DNA of 64,000 nt from Tubiluchus corallicola (GCA_030141605.1 JAQGDQ010000769.1:1-64000), one strand, 5' to 3'; shown: positions 13,686 through 26,555, numbered from the stretch's first letter. Translations and numbers: made by a program. Notes: a model not told the origin generated them from the sequence alone.

Positions 13686-15140
13686 TAGGATCGCTAATTA
13701 GGCAATTAATGTTAATTAATTAATTGTCCGACTACGGGAGCTTCGGCTGGGTCGGAATGGCTATGAAGAATACCAGAGCGACCTCAGATCACGAAATACG
13801 CGTTGTGAAGTAAATCTGTATCTCCCTAGTTTACAAGCTGGGTTCTGCAATAAGCCGCTTCAATATGAATATAATTTATGATAGGTTCGAGTGACAAATA
13901 GTATCTCTACGAGTATGCAAGGTTTCTGAGTAATACTAGATCGCACAAATCAAAGTGAACACACTATTGACAACGGTATACAGGTTTATTTATTAGACAA
14001 ATTTTATAATTAGATGGTTTAACACTAACAACATTTAAATAAATCTACGCTTGTTGCGTTTACAATCAGTAATCCAAAATACACGATTGCTGTGTCGCTG
14101 TACAATTCAATATAATCTTCTACAAGTCTGAGACAACTGTTACTTTAATCAGCAAATACAATCTTCCACAATTAAGTACGAATTTCTTGACAACACTATA
14201 TAATGTATAAAGTTACTTAACTCGAGGACTGACCAATCTTACAAGTTCCTTCAATTGGCCAAGTCTTGTTCCTAGCATGAGCCGTCCTAAGCTTCAGTGG
14301 GTGGCGTTCCAACGACGCAGATGTTCACTCTACGTTGAGCAATAGAACCGATCTCCTACCTTCAGAGTTTCCTGGCTGAGAGTCCACCCCGTCACCTTCT
14401 TGATATCGAAAAGAATCAAGCCAACAACTGTCTAATTCTTCGTGCACTGTCCTTTTGAATCTCGGGTCACGTGACAAGACACACTCCATGGCTGGTCATC
14501 AGAGCATTCTGACTCCTGAGTGCTTTACTCATTTGACCACCCAAGCATCTCGAGTTTTCAAGTGCCTTGATACCTTTACTGTGAGAGGGACAACGTCCCA
14601 TAATATCACTGTTCCAAAATTCATAGCCCTACTTTCAGCCCTCATTAACGTTTACTAAATTGGCTGGGAGCTTGCCTCTTGTCCACACGATCGAGTTCGG
14701 ACATCCGTATTCTTAATCATGAACTATAGGGTACCACCTGTTAATTAGTTAGGCTGCCCCGTGGACTCGAGCTTCAAATTACCTATCACGTTCACACACT
14801 GCCGAATCAATATAGGCCAACCGCCTCTTAAATTTCGTGGAGTTCGTTTTGTGGTTACATCTTAATCTGCTTATTACTTTATTTTCCATTATTAATCAGG
14901 TATCCGAAATGTTTTCATACGTACATTAAATTCAAGATATAAGCTGGGTGAGTTATTTTCCCTGAACGGAATAATCTTCGCTCAGATGCTACTTATCCAT
15001 TGCTCGATTTCAATTTTATTTTCCTATTGAATGATTTAACATTCTGAAATAAATTCAAAACTAACTGATTTGTTTTGTTTTATCCAGTGTTTATTTAAGT
15101 TTGAGATCACATTGAAATTTTGCGTTTTATGTACTTTCCC

Positions 15141-16008
15141 ATTGGAACTACCACATTCAACAGTGCACAAGGTCCTACACAAGAACCTAGATCGTATGCT
15201 TACAAAGTCCAACTGTCACAGGCACTCGAGCCAAATGACAAGCCAATACGAAGAGGGTTTGCAGTTCACATGCTGGAACGAATTTCTGAGGCGAGTTTGT
15301 TTTAGTGATGAAGCAACATTTCATGTTTCATGGAAATTAAACAAACACAACACAATGTGAGGATCTGTTTATCAGAACACCCCCATGTGACTACGGAGCT
15401 TCACCAGGATAGTCCAAAAGTGAATGTTTGGTCTGGAATCACATATGCAATCTATAATTGGTCCATTTTTCTTCCACAAAGCATCAATTACTGCGAATGT
15501 TTACCTTGACCTTTTGACCGAATATGTGGCACCACAACTGAATAACTTTCAACCAACCATCATTTTCCAGCAAGATGGTGCACCACCACATTGGAGACTG
15601 CATGTTCGTCAGTTCCCCAAACAAACATTTCCAGACCGGTGGATTGGCAGGGATGGGCCAATTCCATGGCCACCACGTTCACCGTATATCACTCCCTTGG
15701 ACTCTTTCTATTGGGTTATGTGAAAGATATTATTTATCGAACAAAGATATAGGTCATTACTGACTTGAAGCAAAGGATTTCTGATGCCATCCCCACCATT
15801 GATGAGGCTAAGCTACAGCGAACATGGCAAGAATTCGAGTACCGTCTTCATGTGCTGCATGCAACTAATGGTGGCCATATAGAGAGGCCCATATAGGTGT
15901 ATTAAAAGAGGTAAAAAGAGCTTTGACAACCAGTGATTACATTAGAAAAAATCTAGTTAACAAATCTTGTCAGCTGCCTTTTAAAATTGCAAAGAGACTT
16001 TAAGCACA
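15141..16008 (+). mobile_element. 5'-truncated Tc1/mariner transposase relic, DD41D (rosa/Visitor-type)
   Basis: Frameshifted motifs VCFSDEATFHV..LNKHN, IFQQDGAPPHW and RWIGRDGPIPWPPRSP(Y)ITPLD. There are 41 residues between the second and third catalytic Asp. Confidence 0.85.
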
Positions 16009-17233
16009 TAAAGTGCATTAAATAATATATGTACAACAGTAGGGCCTCTCTAGCGGGCCATGGCTATTCATTAATATCGTTGGTGATCAATTCATGGGTT
16101 TTTTTTATTGATTTTTGCATCTTACAATATCTTTTAGCACTATACACCAGATTTAATATATTTAAGTTTTCCAACCATACATACAATATTTGTAGTTTTA
16201 TTCTACCAGTCATCCCAATATACATATGCTAGCTTAGAATCTTCTCCAGACGATCGTAATGAACCACATTCTCTTTGTGAAACTAAAATAATACATCTGA
16301 TGGCTGACGGAAAACGTCCGGGGGAAATATTGTACTATCACCAAGCATTCTAAACGCATGTATGTCAAAATGTGACGTGTGAACAAAGCCGTTGTCAAAC
16401 ATGAGTTCGTGCGTAAATGTAGAAAAAGTTCTACCACAGGCGCCAATTCACAGTAATGATAAACAGGCAACTATCTATTTTATGATAAAGGAAGTCCTCT
16501 ACAACTTACAGCTGTGAACTATCATTCCATGGAGGACGTGGGCAAACCTGCGGAAACGACGAGTGGATATCTTTCAGCATCACATTAGACCATTCGCTTT
16601 TCAAAAGCCAACTAATCAAGTTCTACAAAGGTGATAAATTTGTGCCATGAACGTACAAAGATATTTGCCTCTGATTAAAATGTATTATATACAGCCGAGA
16701 TTTTTACCCTACGAAGTGCGACTATCCTACCAACCTAATACTCGAAACTAATGAAAATCTAGTTGATTATAACGAAATAGAAACAATTTACAGCTTGCAA
16801 TCGTAACATACAAATCTGTGTCACAAGGTACGAAAATTTTAGTTTTTTTTTCAAATTAAAATACGCCTTAGTGATTCATCCAGTGCCACTCAATTATATT
16901 TTTACTCTTTTACACACCGTGATGATAATGAATTGTTCAACCAAAATGATTTGGACATATAAGTTTTTGAACATATTGTAATCTATCCAATTTTTTAACT
17001 ATTTTTGCCCATATTTTACAAACTGCATTAGCTCAAGGAAAGGATATTCACATCTTTACAATTTGTTCAATGTTATTTGGAGATTTTGTAATATATTTTA
17101 AAAATTGACTTGCAAATTCGAACACGTGATATGGTACAGTAGAGTTTGTGACAATCTGTAAACTACTTAAGGCATTCAGTAACATGTAAGTAGAAGAAAA
17201 AAATATTCTCACTATGTCTCCGTTAGAATAAAT

Positions 17234-18253
17234 CTATAAGTCATGACGGACGAAAACAACATCCAAGCCATCCTCAACTCTGTCGCTAGGTGGTACCACT
17301 CCTGCTTCCTTATAGAGTCTAGTTCCAAACATTATTGTTCTGATTGCGTGGAGCTTTTGCCTTGTCTCTTTGATATGCGGTCCTTTACTGCCATAAATTT
17401 TGTATTCTACGGTCAACACGTCAATCGTCAATTTGTTAAAAGGGATTGACTGCAAGATGTCCACTTCAGCGCCTTCAACATCAAGAGAGAAATAGTCAAT
17501 GTGGGTACGATTCAACGCCAACATGACAGAGTACAATGGAAAACACTGGACAGGGTAGTTATGACAACCGACTAATCGTTCTTTATTAGATCGGTGCATT
17601 TTTTCTGTTAGTCCTCCCAGAACACCGCCAATTCTAAAATCTGCCTTATAAGTTTTATTTTTGGGACTTAGACAAGCATTCAATAGATATGAGTTACGAT
17701 TCTGTTGCAGAAGATCACCAAAAAACATTGGATTTGCTTCCACCAGAAGTCCTGTCCAATCACGAGTCAACTCAAAGAAAAAAGTATTGGACAAACTCCG
17801 TCCATCTGTTGCTCCACATTCTACAAAAAATCCATTCCTCCTACCTTGAAGGATGTTGTCAACAAATTGTGATTGTCCATGCTGGGAAAAATCAACTTTC
17901 TCCAACTTCTGAGACGTCTGCTTTGCAGATGGTGCGATCAACCAGTGATCTTTTATGTGAGCAATGAGATTTTCGTCATCAGAAGCAGCGCCACCATACT
18001 GCAATGCAAAAATTTCTTCTGCTGTGGGTAGGGATTTATGAACACTGAAGGCAGAAGAAGAGACGGCATTTTTAGTAGAGAAAGGGGCACTTGCAATTTT
18101 CCACTTTGCATTCCTATTTTTTGTGATTACGTTTTCCAGAACAACTTTTTCTTTCAAGAAAACAAAAACAAATAACAGTGTCACAAATATCACAATTGGC
18201 ATTTGATGAATGTATTGTTTCCTCATGTGGATGATGTCTCTGCAGACAGACAT
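17234..18253 (-). CDS. FkbM/Methyltransf_21 (Star-like) methyltransferase, type II membrane, copy A
   Basis: 339 aa. TM IVIFVTLLFVFVFL. Motifs FSQHGQ, GFFVECGATDGRSLSNT.FFE..RDWTGLLVEAN and VQCFPLYSVMLALNRTHIDYFSLDVEGAE. Candidate 5'UTR splice acceptor TTGTTGCAG at ~18290. Confidence 0.92.
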   Translation of the reverse strand: MSVCRDIIHMRKQYIHQMPIVIFVTLLFVFVFLKEKVVLENVITKNRNAKWKIASAPFSTKNAVSSSAFSVHKSLPTAEEIFALQYGGAASDDENLIAHIKDHWLIAPSAKQTSQKLEKVDFSQHGQSQFVDNILQGRRNGFFVECGATDGRSLSNTFFFELTRDWTGLLVEANPMFFGDLLQQNRNSYLLNACLSPKNKTYKADFRIGGVLGGLTEKMHRSNKERLVGCHNYPVQCFPLYSVMLALNRTHIDYFSLDVEGAEVDILQSIPFNKLTIDVLTVEYKIYGSKGPHIKETRQKLHAIRTIMFGTRLYKEAGVVPPSDRVEDGLDVVFVRHDL

Positions 18254-18383
18254 TTCTGTGCTTAACTGGCATGTGTGTTATTGTAGAATCTGCAACAATC
18301 ATAAATTTCCTTATTGAAACTTTTTTGTGGCTGCTCCCTTTCCCTTCTCACATCTCATTTTCTCTCTCATTCTCTTGTTTCTC

Positions 18384-18387
<4 letters not shown>

Positions 18388-18481
<94 letters not shown>

Positions 18482-18496
18482 CTATCTATCTATCTA
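18388..18496. repeat. (CT)n-(CTAT)n microsatellite upstream of FkbM copy A
   Basis: Read directly. Homologous interrupted tract at ~24030-24150. Confidence 0.95.
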
Positions 18497-19459
18497 CCGC
18501 TCTCTCACTTATTTTTTTGACGTTATAACTGAATATAGACTTAAATGGGTGAAGACAACCTGCAATTACCTAAAATTTGGAAGGTACTCGTGAAAATGAC
18601 ACAACGATTAGAAGAACCTGTTCAAATCCGTTAGAATCTTGTGACTGTGGACACAATAAAATATGAAATAGCTAAAAAAAACAGGGACTCAAGGCTCTGC
18701 CATGGTCCTCTGCATTTTATTATTCTTTAATGACCTGCAAATGCTTGCAGACAACGAAAAATTGTTTATTGTCGAACGTAGTGACGGTGCATGGTTAAAG
18801 ATCAATAAGTCAAGATTTTACTACTATTGTTTATTCATTTTTCCAATCACACGTCAAAAACCGATTAAAAAACGCAAAATCAAATTTAGCGACAAAGTAT
18901 CACGCTCATGAACTCGTATTATCGAAATCAAAGTATCAAGAGTCACGTATCCAGCACATGACAGTGACATAAAATAGCAAAAATACAAATTTTGGCATTA
19001 TCTAGCTACTAATACACTTAAGTATAAAGAACTTACACGGAGATCTCCCAATTAAACCTTAACGCAAAATCTTACTATTTTTTTGGAAAAAATTTGGAAC
19101 AGATTTGTTGGTGAAACTGTTCCTTTTATTCAGCATCTGCAAACGCTCAAAGTAATTCACTAGGCCTGAGTTACTAGATTGCAAATAAATATGACCTACC
19201 TGTTATTATCCTGCAATGGTATGTAATCAAATACTAAAAGCCAAACTGTCATTGAATCCTGTTACAGTAAAAATTCAGTTTAATTTTCCAGGTATTCCAG
19301 GTATTATACTAAACTTATACGTCCTACACTAGATGAATACAACAGAAGTGTTATATGTTAAAGCTTTACTATGTATAGTATTTCTATTTTTCTTCATATA
19401 TATTGTCACTAAATAGTGTGTATAATTATTATTTTGCCATTATGCGTTTTTTTAATGAC

Positions 19460-19538
19460 CTGCTTGCTCGCTTGCTTGTTTGCTTGCTTGCTTACTTGCT
19501 CGTTTGTTTACTAACTTACTTACTCACTTATTTATTTA

Positions 19539-19591
<53 letters not shown>
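19460..19591. repeat. (GCTT)n/(TACT)n tetranucleotide microsatellite
   Basis: Read directly from the sequence. Confidence 0.9.
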
Positions 19592-19592
<1 letters not shown>

Positions 19593-20196
19593 GTCTCAAT
19601 AGTCCGTATATACTAGCACTCAGAAGACAGTAAAACGTAAAACGTAATTAACTTCTTACCTTAAACACCATAACGCAGTCACGTTTTTCATTTTAGCGCA
19701 ACTACATGTTTTTACTTGCTTTGCTATACAAGAAACAAAATTAACATTCACGAGCCTCCATTATGCGGTTCACATAATACGCTATCAACACATTGTTTAT
19801 TCGATTACTATACAGTTATTATGTAGGGTAAAGACAATAAAAACTGAACAAAGATGGCATACTATTGAAAGAACACATGTAGAGATACCCTGACGAGGGG
19901 TGAGCATTTTGAATCGAATCGAGGGATTTCAAATCGAACACAATTTCAGAATTTCGAATCCGAATCGAATTCAAATTGAGTTTGAAAGATTTTCGAACAA
20001 GTTTTCGAACACTAGTAAAAATTGGACTTACAAAAATCATGCATAGGATTTTGTTTGAAGCATTTTAATGATAAATAACATACGTGGCTGAATTTTTCGA
20101 ATCTATAGTTTTAGATTCTACATACATACACAATGTAATACATAGTGCAGTATTGTACACAAAATGATGAGTATTGGAGATAGCAGCCAGAAAGGT

Positions 20197-20800
20197 TGGT
20201 CAAGTTAACAAATGAATTTATGGTTGAGGTTGTCAAGTAGTCAAGGAGTGAATTCATGCCTAAATTGGTCAAGTGTTCAAGGAGTGAATTCATGGCTGAG
20301 GTGGTCAGGTAGTCAAGTAGTGAATTCATGGCTGAGGTGGTTGAGAAGTCAAGGAGTGAATTCATGGCTGAGGTGGTCAGGTAGTCAAGTAGTGAATTCA
20401 TGGCTGAGGTGGTCAATAAGTCAAGGAGTGAATTCAGGGCTGAGGTGGTCATGTAGTCAAGTAGTAAGTACATGGCTGAGGTGGTTAAGAAGTCAAGGAG
20501 TGAATTCATGGCTGAGGTGGTCAAGTAGTGAAGTAGTGAATTCATGGCTGAGGTTGCCAAGTTGTCAAGGAGTGAATTCGTGGCTAAAGTGGTCAAGTAG
20601 TCATTGAGAGGATTCATGGTTGAGGTTGTCAAATTGCACGGAGTGAATTCATTGCTAAGATGACAAGCAGTCAAGGAGTTAATTCATGGCTGAGGTTGTC
20701 AAGTTGTCAAGGAGTGAATTCATGGCTGAGGTTGTCAAGTTGTCAAGGAGTGAATTCATGGCTGAGGTGGTGATGTAGTCAAGTAGTGAATTCATGGCAG
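20197..20800. repeat. 36-bp minisatellite, ~16-17 copies
   Basis: Unit approximately GTCAAGGAGTGAATTCATGGCTGAGGTGGTCAAGTA, repeated head to tail. It produces the 12-aa periodic ORFs on both strands. Confidence 0.92.
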
Positions 20801-22334
20801 AGAAGAAGATGCAAAGAAGGAATTGCTAGAGCTGATTTAGTACTTACTCCTAAGTCTTTGCAATTTACTTGAAAAATATTTGCTCATTTAACAGAAAAAG
20901 AAAAAGCTAATTGTTTTTATGTTCCTATTATTTGGTATGTCTGGTGGTAATGCAAGTAACGCAGCTTATGGGAAAGTTAGATCTCTGTGGCAAGAGATTT
21001 TACTAAAAAGAACAGAGAACTAGATGCTAAAATGCACTTAATGTCGTAAATATTATATTATGAACTTTTTTATATTATTTATAAACAAAAAAGTACAAAA
21101 ATAAAATATCTCATAAAGTGCATAAAACAGTATATGTACAACAGTATGACCTCACTGCAAAAGCAATTCACAGAATTTTTTATCAATTCGAGCATCTTAC
21201 AATATCTTTTAGTGCCTATTATGAGATTTGATAAGCTTAAGTTCTCCCATATACACAATATTTATAGTGTTAATCTGCTCCAATTATTCACCCCAATATG
21301 CAAACGCTAGCGTATTGTCTTCTCTAGACGAGGGTGAATCAAAGTCTCTTGGAGAAACTATTGTGCAATTAAAAAACATCACCTGATGTCTCTCGGCTTT
21401 CACACTAAATCCGAGTGAACGGTGCCATAGTTAAACCTGCGTTCGTACACACAAGTCGACACTGGCGCCCTTTGACGGTAGTGATAAGCAGGTACCTTTA
21501 TTCCTGATTTATTGGTTATGAAATCCTTTGCAACATACAACCGTGAAATATCAATGTCTGGTGACCTCTCCTTGAGGAACGTGGGCACTGGGTACTCACA
21601 AAATCCAGATCGATGTTCTGCTCTTGTGATAAGATCGGCAAAACCACGGAAACAGAAATGTGGACATCTTCCAGCATCACATTAGATCATCAGCTTTCCA
21701 AAAGTCAACTAGTCAAGTTTTACACCAAAGTATATGCTGATAAATCTGTGCCAAGAACGTACAAAAATTTTTGCATCTGCATGCGTTATAATACAATCGA
21801 AATTTTTACCCCACCCAATGGGACTAACCTGTTCTAAACTAACGAAAAGGATCTAGTTGATTATAACGAAATAGAAACAAGTTTCACTTTGCAATCGTAA
21901 TGTACAAATCTGCGTCAAAATACGAAACTAAATTTTAGAGTTTATTTTCAAATTAAAATACACCTCAATAATTCAACCTGAGCCACTACATCACATTTTC
22001 ACTGTTTTGCACACCCCGATGATAATAAATTGTTCAACCAAAACGCATTGGAAGTATTCATTTTTATATTATATTTTTATCTGCCATTTTTTAAATATTT
22101 TCTACCCATATTTTACAAACTGCATTAGCTCAAGCAAAAAATATTCATATCTTTACAATTTGGTTCAATTGTTACTTTGAAGAATTACAATACCACTTAA
22201 AAATTGAATTACAAATTCGAACACTTCAGTAGAGTATGTGACAATCTGTTAACTACTTAGGGCATTCAGTAACATGTAAGTGGAGAAAACGAAAAACAAC
22301 TGATCAAGCAACATTCTCACCATGACTCGGCTAG

Positions 22335-22884
22335 TTATTTATTTATTTATAATCATTTAATTTTGAGCATATAAAGAGATATATACATGCGCCCTCTATT
22401 TACAGGGCTGTAACAGTTAGCAGTATTTACATTTAATATCTAACAACTTACAATAGCTATGCTAACATTGTATTATCATTAGCTTCTTAACTAACATTGA
22501 TAACGATTTTCTAAAATTGATTAATGCTGTTAGTTTAGTGACAAAATAAAATTATCTAACAAAATATTAGCAAAGTTAATTAAAATCAGATTATCAAGAC
22601 AATTTAACATATAATTAACATCCTGGTGCTGTAAAACGCGTACAAAGTTTTCTCGTTTAAAGCCACTTACAAATATGCAATTAAACAACAGATGATGTGG
22701 GGTTTGCCTCCCCTCTAAACATTGGCAGATATTATTGTTTCATAACCAATATTGAGCAGAAAATCATTAAAACTGCGTTGACCTGTTTGAAATGTGCAGG
22801 CTGAAACCTCAAGTTTTCTATCACCTGTCTGTACTTGAATAGTCAAGGGAGTTGTACTTAAAGAGTATTGATAAATTGATAAAT
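22335..22884 (-). mobile_element. 5'-truncated non-LTR retrotransposon 3' end with degenerate 12-bp TSD
   Basis: Absent from duplicate copy 1. (TAAA)n tail on the minus strand. Flanked by TGACTCGGCTAG (22323-22334) and TGACTTGGTTAG (22885-22896). Minus strand encodes QTGQRSFNDFLLNIG and ICQCLEGRQTPHHLLFNC (C-terminal CCHC-type knuckle). Confidence 0.8.
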
Positions 22885-22903
22885 TGACTTGGTTAGAATA
22901 AAT

Positions 22904-23923
22904 CTATAAGTTATGACGGACGAAAACAACATCCAAGCCATCCTCAACTCTGTCGCTAGGTGGTACCACTCCTGCTTCCTTATAGAGACTAGTTTCAAAC
23001 ATTATTGTTCTGATTGCGTGGAGCTTTTGCCTTGTCTCTTTGATATGCGGTCCTTTACTGCCATAAATTTTGTATTCTACGGTCAACACGTCAATCGTCA
23101 ATTTGTTAAAAGGGATTGACTGCAAGATGTCCACTTCAGCGCCTTCAACATCAAGAGAGAAATAGTCAATGTGGGTACGATTTAACGCCAACATGACAGA
23201 GTACAATGGAAAACACTGGACAGGGTAGTTATGACAACCGACTAATCGTTCTTTATTAGATCGGTGCATTTTTTCTGTTAATCCTCCCAGAACAGCGCCA
23301 ATTCTAAAATCTGCCTCATAAGTTTTGTCACTGGGACTTAGACAAGCATTCAATAGATATGAGTTACGATTCTGTTGCAGAAGATCACCAAAAAACATTG
23401 GATTTGCTTCCACCAGAAGTCCTGTCCAATCACGAGTCAACTCAAAGAAAAAAGTATTGGACAAACTCCGTCCATCTGTTGCTCCACATTCTACAAAAAA
23501 TCCATTCCTCCTACCTTGAAGGATGTTGTCAACAAATTGTGATTGTCCATGCTGGGAAAAATCAACTTTCTCCAACTTCTGAGACGTCTGCTTTGCAGAT
23601 GGTGCGATCAACCAGTGATCTTTTATGTGAGCAATGAGATTTTCGTCATCAGAAGCAGCGCCACCATACTGCAATGCAAAAATTTCTCCTGCTGCAGGTA
23701 AGTATTTATGAACAGTGAAGGCAGAAGAAGAGACGACATTTTTAGTAGAGAAAGGGGCACTTGCAATTTTCCATTTTGCATTTCTATTTTTTGTGATTAT
23801 TTTTTCCAGAACAACTTTTTCTTTCAAGAAAACAAAAACAAATAACAGTGTCACAAATATAACAATTGGCATTTGATGAATGTATTGTTTCCTCATGTGG
23901 ATGATGTCTCTGCAGACAGACAT
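22904..23923 (-). CDS. FkbM/Methyltransf_21 (Star-like) methyltransferase, type II membrane, copy B
   Basis: 339 aa with the same motifs as copy A; 14 amino-acid differences by manual comparison. Confidence 0.92.
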   Translation of the reverse strand: MSVCRDIIHMRKQYIHQMPIVIFVTLLFVFVFLKEKVVLEKIITKNRNAKWKIASAPFSTKNVVSSSAFTVHKYLPAAGEIFALQYGGAASDDENLIAHIKDHWLIAPSAKQTSQKLEKVDFSQHGQSQFVDNILQGRRNGFFVECGATDGRSLSNTFFFELTRDWTGLLVEANPMFFGDLLQQNRNSYLLNACLSPSDKTYEADFRIGAVLGGLTEKMHRSNKERLVGCHNYPVQCFPLYSVMLALNRTHIDYFSLDVEGAEVDILQSIPFNKLTIDVLTVEYKIYGSKGPHIKETRQKLHAIRTIMFETSLYKEAGVVPPSDRVEDGLDVVFVRHNL

Positions 23924-24029
23924 TTCTGTGCTTAACTGGCATGTGTGTTATTGTAGAATCTGCAACAATAATAAATTTCTTTATTGAAACTTTTTGTGGC
24001 TGCTCCCTTTCCTTTCTCACATCTCATTT

Positions 24030-24043
24030 TCTCTCTCTCTCTT

Positions 24044-24083
<40 letters not shown>

Positions 24084-24108
24084 TCCTGTCTCTCTCTCTC
24101 TCTCTGTC

Positions 24109-24150
<42 letters not shown>
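24030..24150. repeat. Interrupted (CT)n microsatellite upstream of FkbM copy B
   Basis: Read directly from the sequence. Confidence 0.9.
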
Positions 24151-24152
<2 letters not shown>

Positions 24153-26437
24153 TGACACTCTCTCTATCTACTGCTGTCTCATTTAACATTTCTGAGATTA
24201 TAACTGAACATAGACTTAAAAACATGAAAAAATAACCTGCTGTATGAAAAATTGGAATGTATCCGTGAAAATGCCACAACGATCAGAATCGAATCCGACG
24301 CCTTGAGCTCGTTAGAATCTTGAATGGATTTTCTTTGGATTCTTCGAGCGCAGTGTACAGAACCATTTGCAAAAGGACGTCTAAACAAACTCAGTTGGTT
24401 GATTTTATATATATTTACGATTTAAGATTTTTTTACCATCTCTGGGGTTATTACTCCTTGGGACTTCATGCTGATTGTTTTATCATAGCAAAAGAACACA
24501 AGTTTCAACAACAGTATATGAGGTAGCCGCAAAGGTGAGTTAACTAAAAAAATCCAGCATATTGACAGGAACAGTGTCAGCAAACCTAGCCAATGATGTT
24601 ATACTTATACTTTATGGTATGCAGTAGCGACAGATAGCCACAGATGTTCATCAAGTCGATATTTGAAACTATTTGTTTGAAGAGATTAAATCTGCGTTAT
24701 AGTAAATATACAGGAATTTCCCATTTTTTATAAAGTTGTTTAGCATATAATTACTATATTTGTTATGTAATTAAATATTTGCTATGTAATCAACATGTTT
24801 TGTTATTGAATTATTGACATGATCTATTTTCACTCAAAGTTGTTGTTTCAGCAATATGGATGCTGGTGCTATATGTGCCTTGTTCTACTGACCCACTACT
24901 TTAGAGTTTTTTTTTTCTTTTTTAGAATGCTTAATTACGTTGTGATAGTAAAATTGAATGTTTCCTCAAATTAAATTAACAATGTAAAATTACGTTTTAA
25001 GTAGTCATTGTCTGTGTCATAGGATAGACATGGTGACTTAAAGGCAAAAATAACATAGAGCCGAATAAGAAAATTAAACATACCTATAGTTTTAAATCTA
25101 TTTTCTGATTTATACGTTTTCTACTGTGGAAGCATGCTGCAAAAGATGAAAACAATTAACGATACGTGAAGAATTTTGACTGACACTAAACGAAAAATGC
25201 GAAAGTACTTGTCAGTGCCACAGTAGAGGTGCATATGAAAGACTGCGTGAAGCTAGGCAGCGGCTGAAAATACAAGGCTCAACGAGGCAAGGATTCAAAT
25301 GCTGTACAAGACTAATAGTCTGAACTGCCAAAATGGTAAGAAATTGCAGCTGTAAACGATTTGGCAATTTTTCTTACAAGTAAAAACTGTCAGGAACACT
25401 GAGCAGTAAGCTAAAACATAGGATTCCATTTTAAACAGTGCATCTGTGCTCGAACACCTAGTTTTGATTATAGGTGCATTGCTTTTTATAAATCAATTAG
25501 AGAAGTCTCTAGGGGGACTAAAAGCTAAACAATGCTGACAATCATTCCGATGAAGGTGCAAAGTATTTTTTTCTTTTTTATATGTAAGCTAAACAGATGA
25601 ACTTGAGAAGTACATTTATATTATTTTTTCAAATTTGTTATAATGGGTTCATTTTCTTTAGCTTTGTTTATTATATATAAACAGTATAATATAATATTAA
25701 CAGTAAAATATGATTGACTGACCTTTTTACATTACTTAGACAAAAGCAAAGTATGAAAACTTATCAATATAAAAAAATAAAAAAATGCTTACTAGAGTAG
25801 CAAAACTTGTCTTAACACTGAATACTGGTGGTGAAAATCTACTTCTTGTGTCGTTACAAGTCAATCCATTCTGATGGTTAGTTAGTGATAGTCCGTTCGA
25901 GGTAGAAGTCATTAAAAAGACTATTAAATTCTTGGAAACTTTAAATAGTTTGCTTGTCAATGAAGCTGAAAGCTCAATAGCTTAAACTCTGCAATTCTTA
26001 CTAATGACTTGGGCGGTTCCCGCCCAAGAATGTAGAAGTGGTTTGAAGATCCTCGTGTAACAATTTTGTCTAAACTGCGTCTAATTGATTATAGAACGTT
26101 CTTGTACAATCCCGGAATTATACGTTTTTAATTGACAATTTGCAAGAATCCCATAAATACTCTTACAGAAGAAAAATTCGCAGGACGAGGACGTGTCCTT
26201 CTTTCTCAGAAATAAATAAATAAATAAGCAGCGTAATTATTTAACTAATGGTTAGGTATTTATTAAGTTATTGATGGATAATCTTATCTGTCGTATTACA
26301 CTATCTGCCAAAAAACATTTTCCAGCGGGTATTTTACCATGCAAACGGTCGATTTTTATGACACAATTACACATTACACAGCCATTCATGCGTCTTTACG
26401 AAAACATTCACATTGTAGCAAACTCATCGTAACTTCT

Positions 26438-26519
26438 ATTGTTGTTGTTGTTGTTGTTGTTGTTATTCTTCTTCTTCTTCTTCTACTCCTCCTCTTCCTC
26501 CTCATTTCTATTATTATTA

Positions 26520-26553
<34 letters not shown>
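26438..26553. repeat. Compound (GTT)n(CTT)n(ATT)n microsatellite
   Basis: Read directly. Explains the spurious VVVV/LLLL/IIII ORF. Confidence 0.92.

Positions 26554-26555
<2 letters not shown>

Larger units (their letters stand above)
16007..18640. repeat. Tandem segmental duplication, copy 1 (FkbM gene plus flanks)
   Basis: Colinear with 21112-24325: both start CATAAAGTGCAT..TATATGTACAACAGTA and end near GTTAGAATCTTG. Boundaries approximate. Confidence 0.85.
21112..24325. repeat. Tandem segmental duplication, copy 2
   Basis: Colinear with 16007-18640, plus a 550-bp retroelement insertion at 22335-22884. Confidence 0.85.

Noticed and set aside
18271-18593. SLSLSL/ERERER ORFs here and at 23932-24279, plus LLTY (19403) and poly-V/L/I (26339) ORFs
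   Set aside because: These are translations of microsatellites.
20197-20800. 36-bp repeats as a CRISPR array
   Set aside because: Units are head to tail with no unique spacers, there are no cas genes, and the context is eukaryotic.
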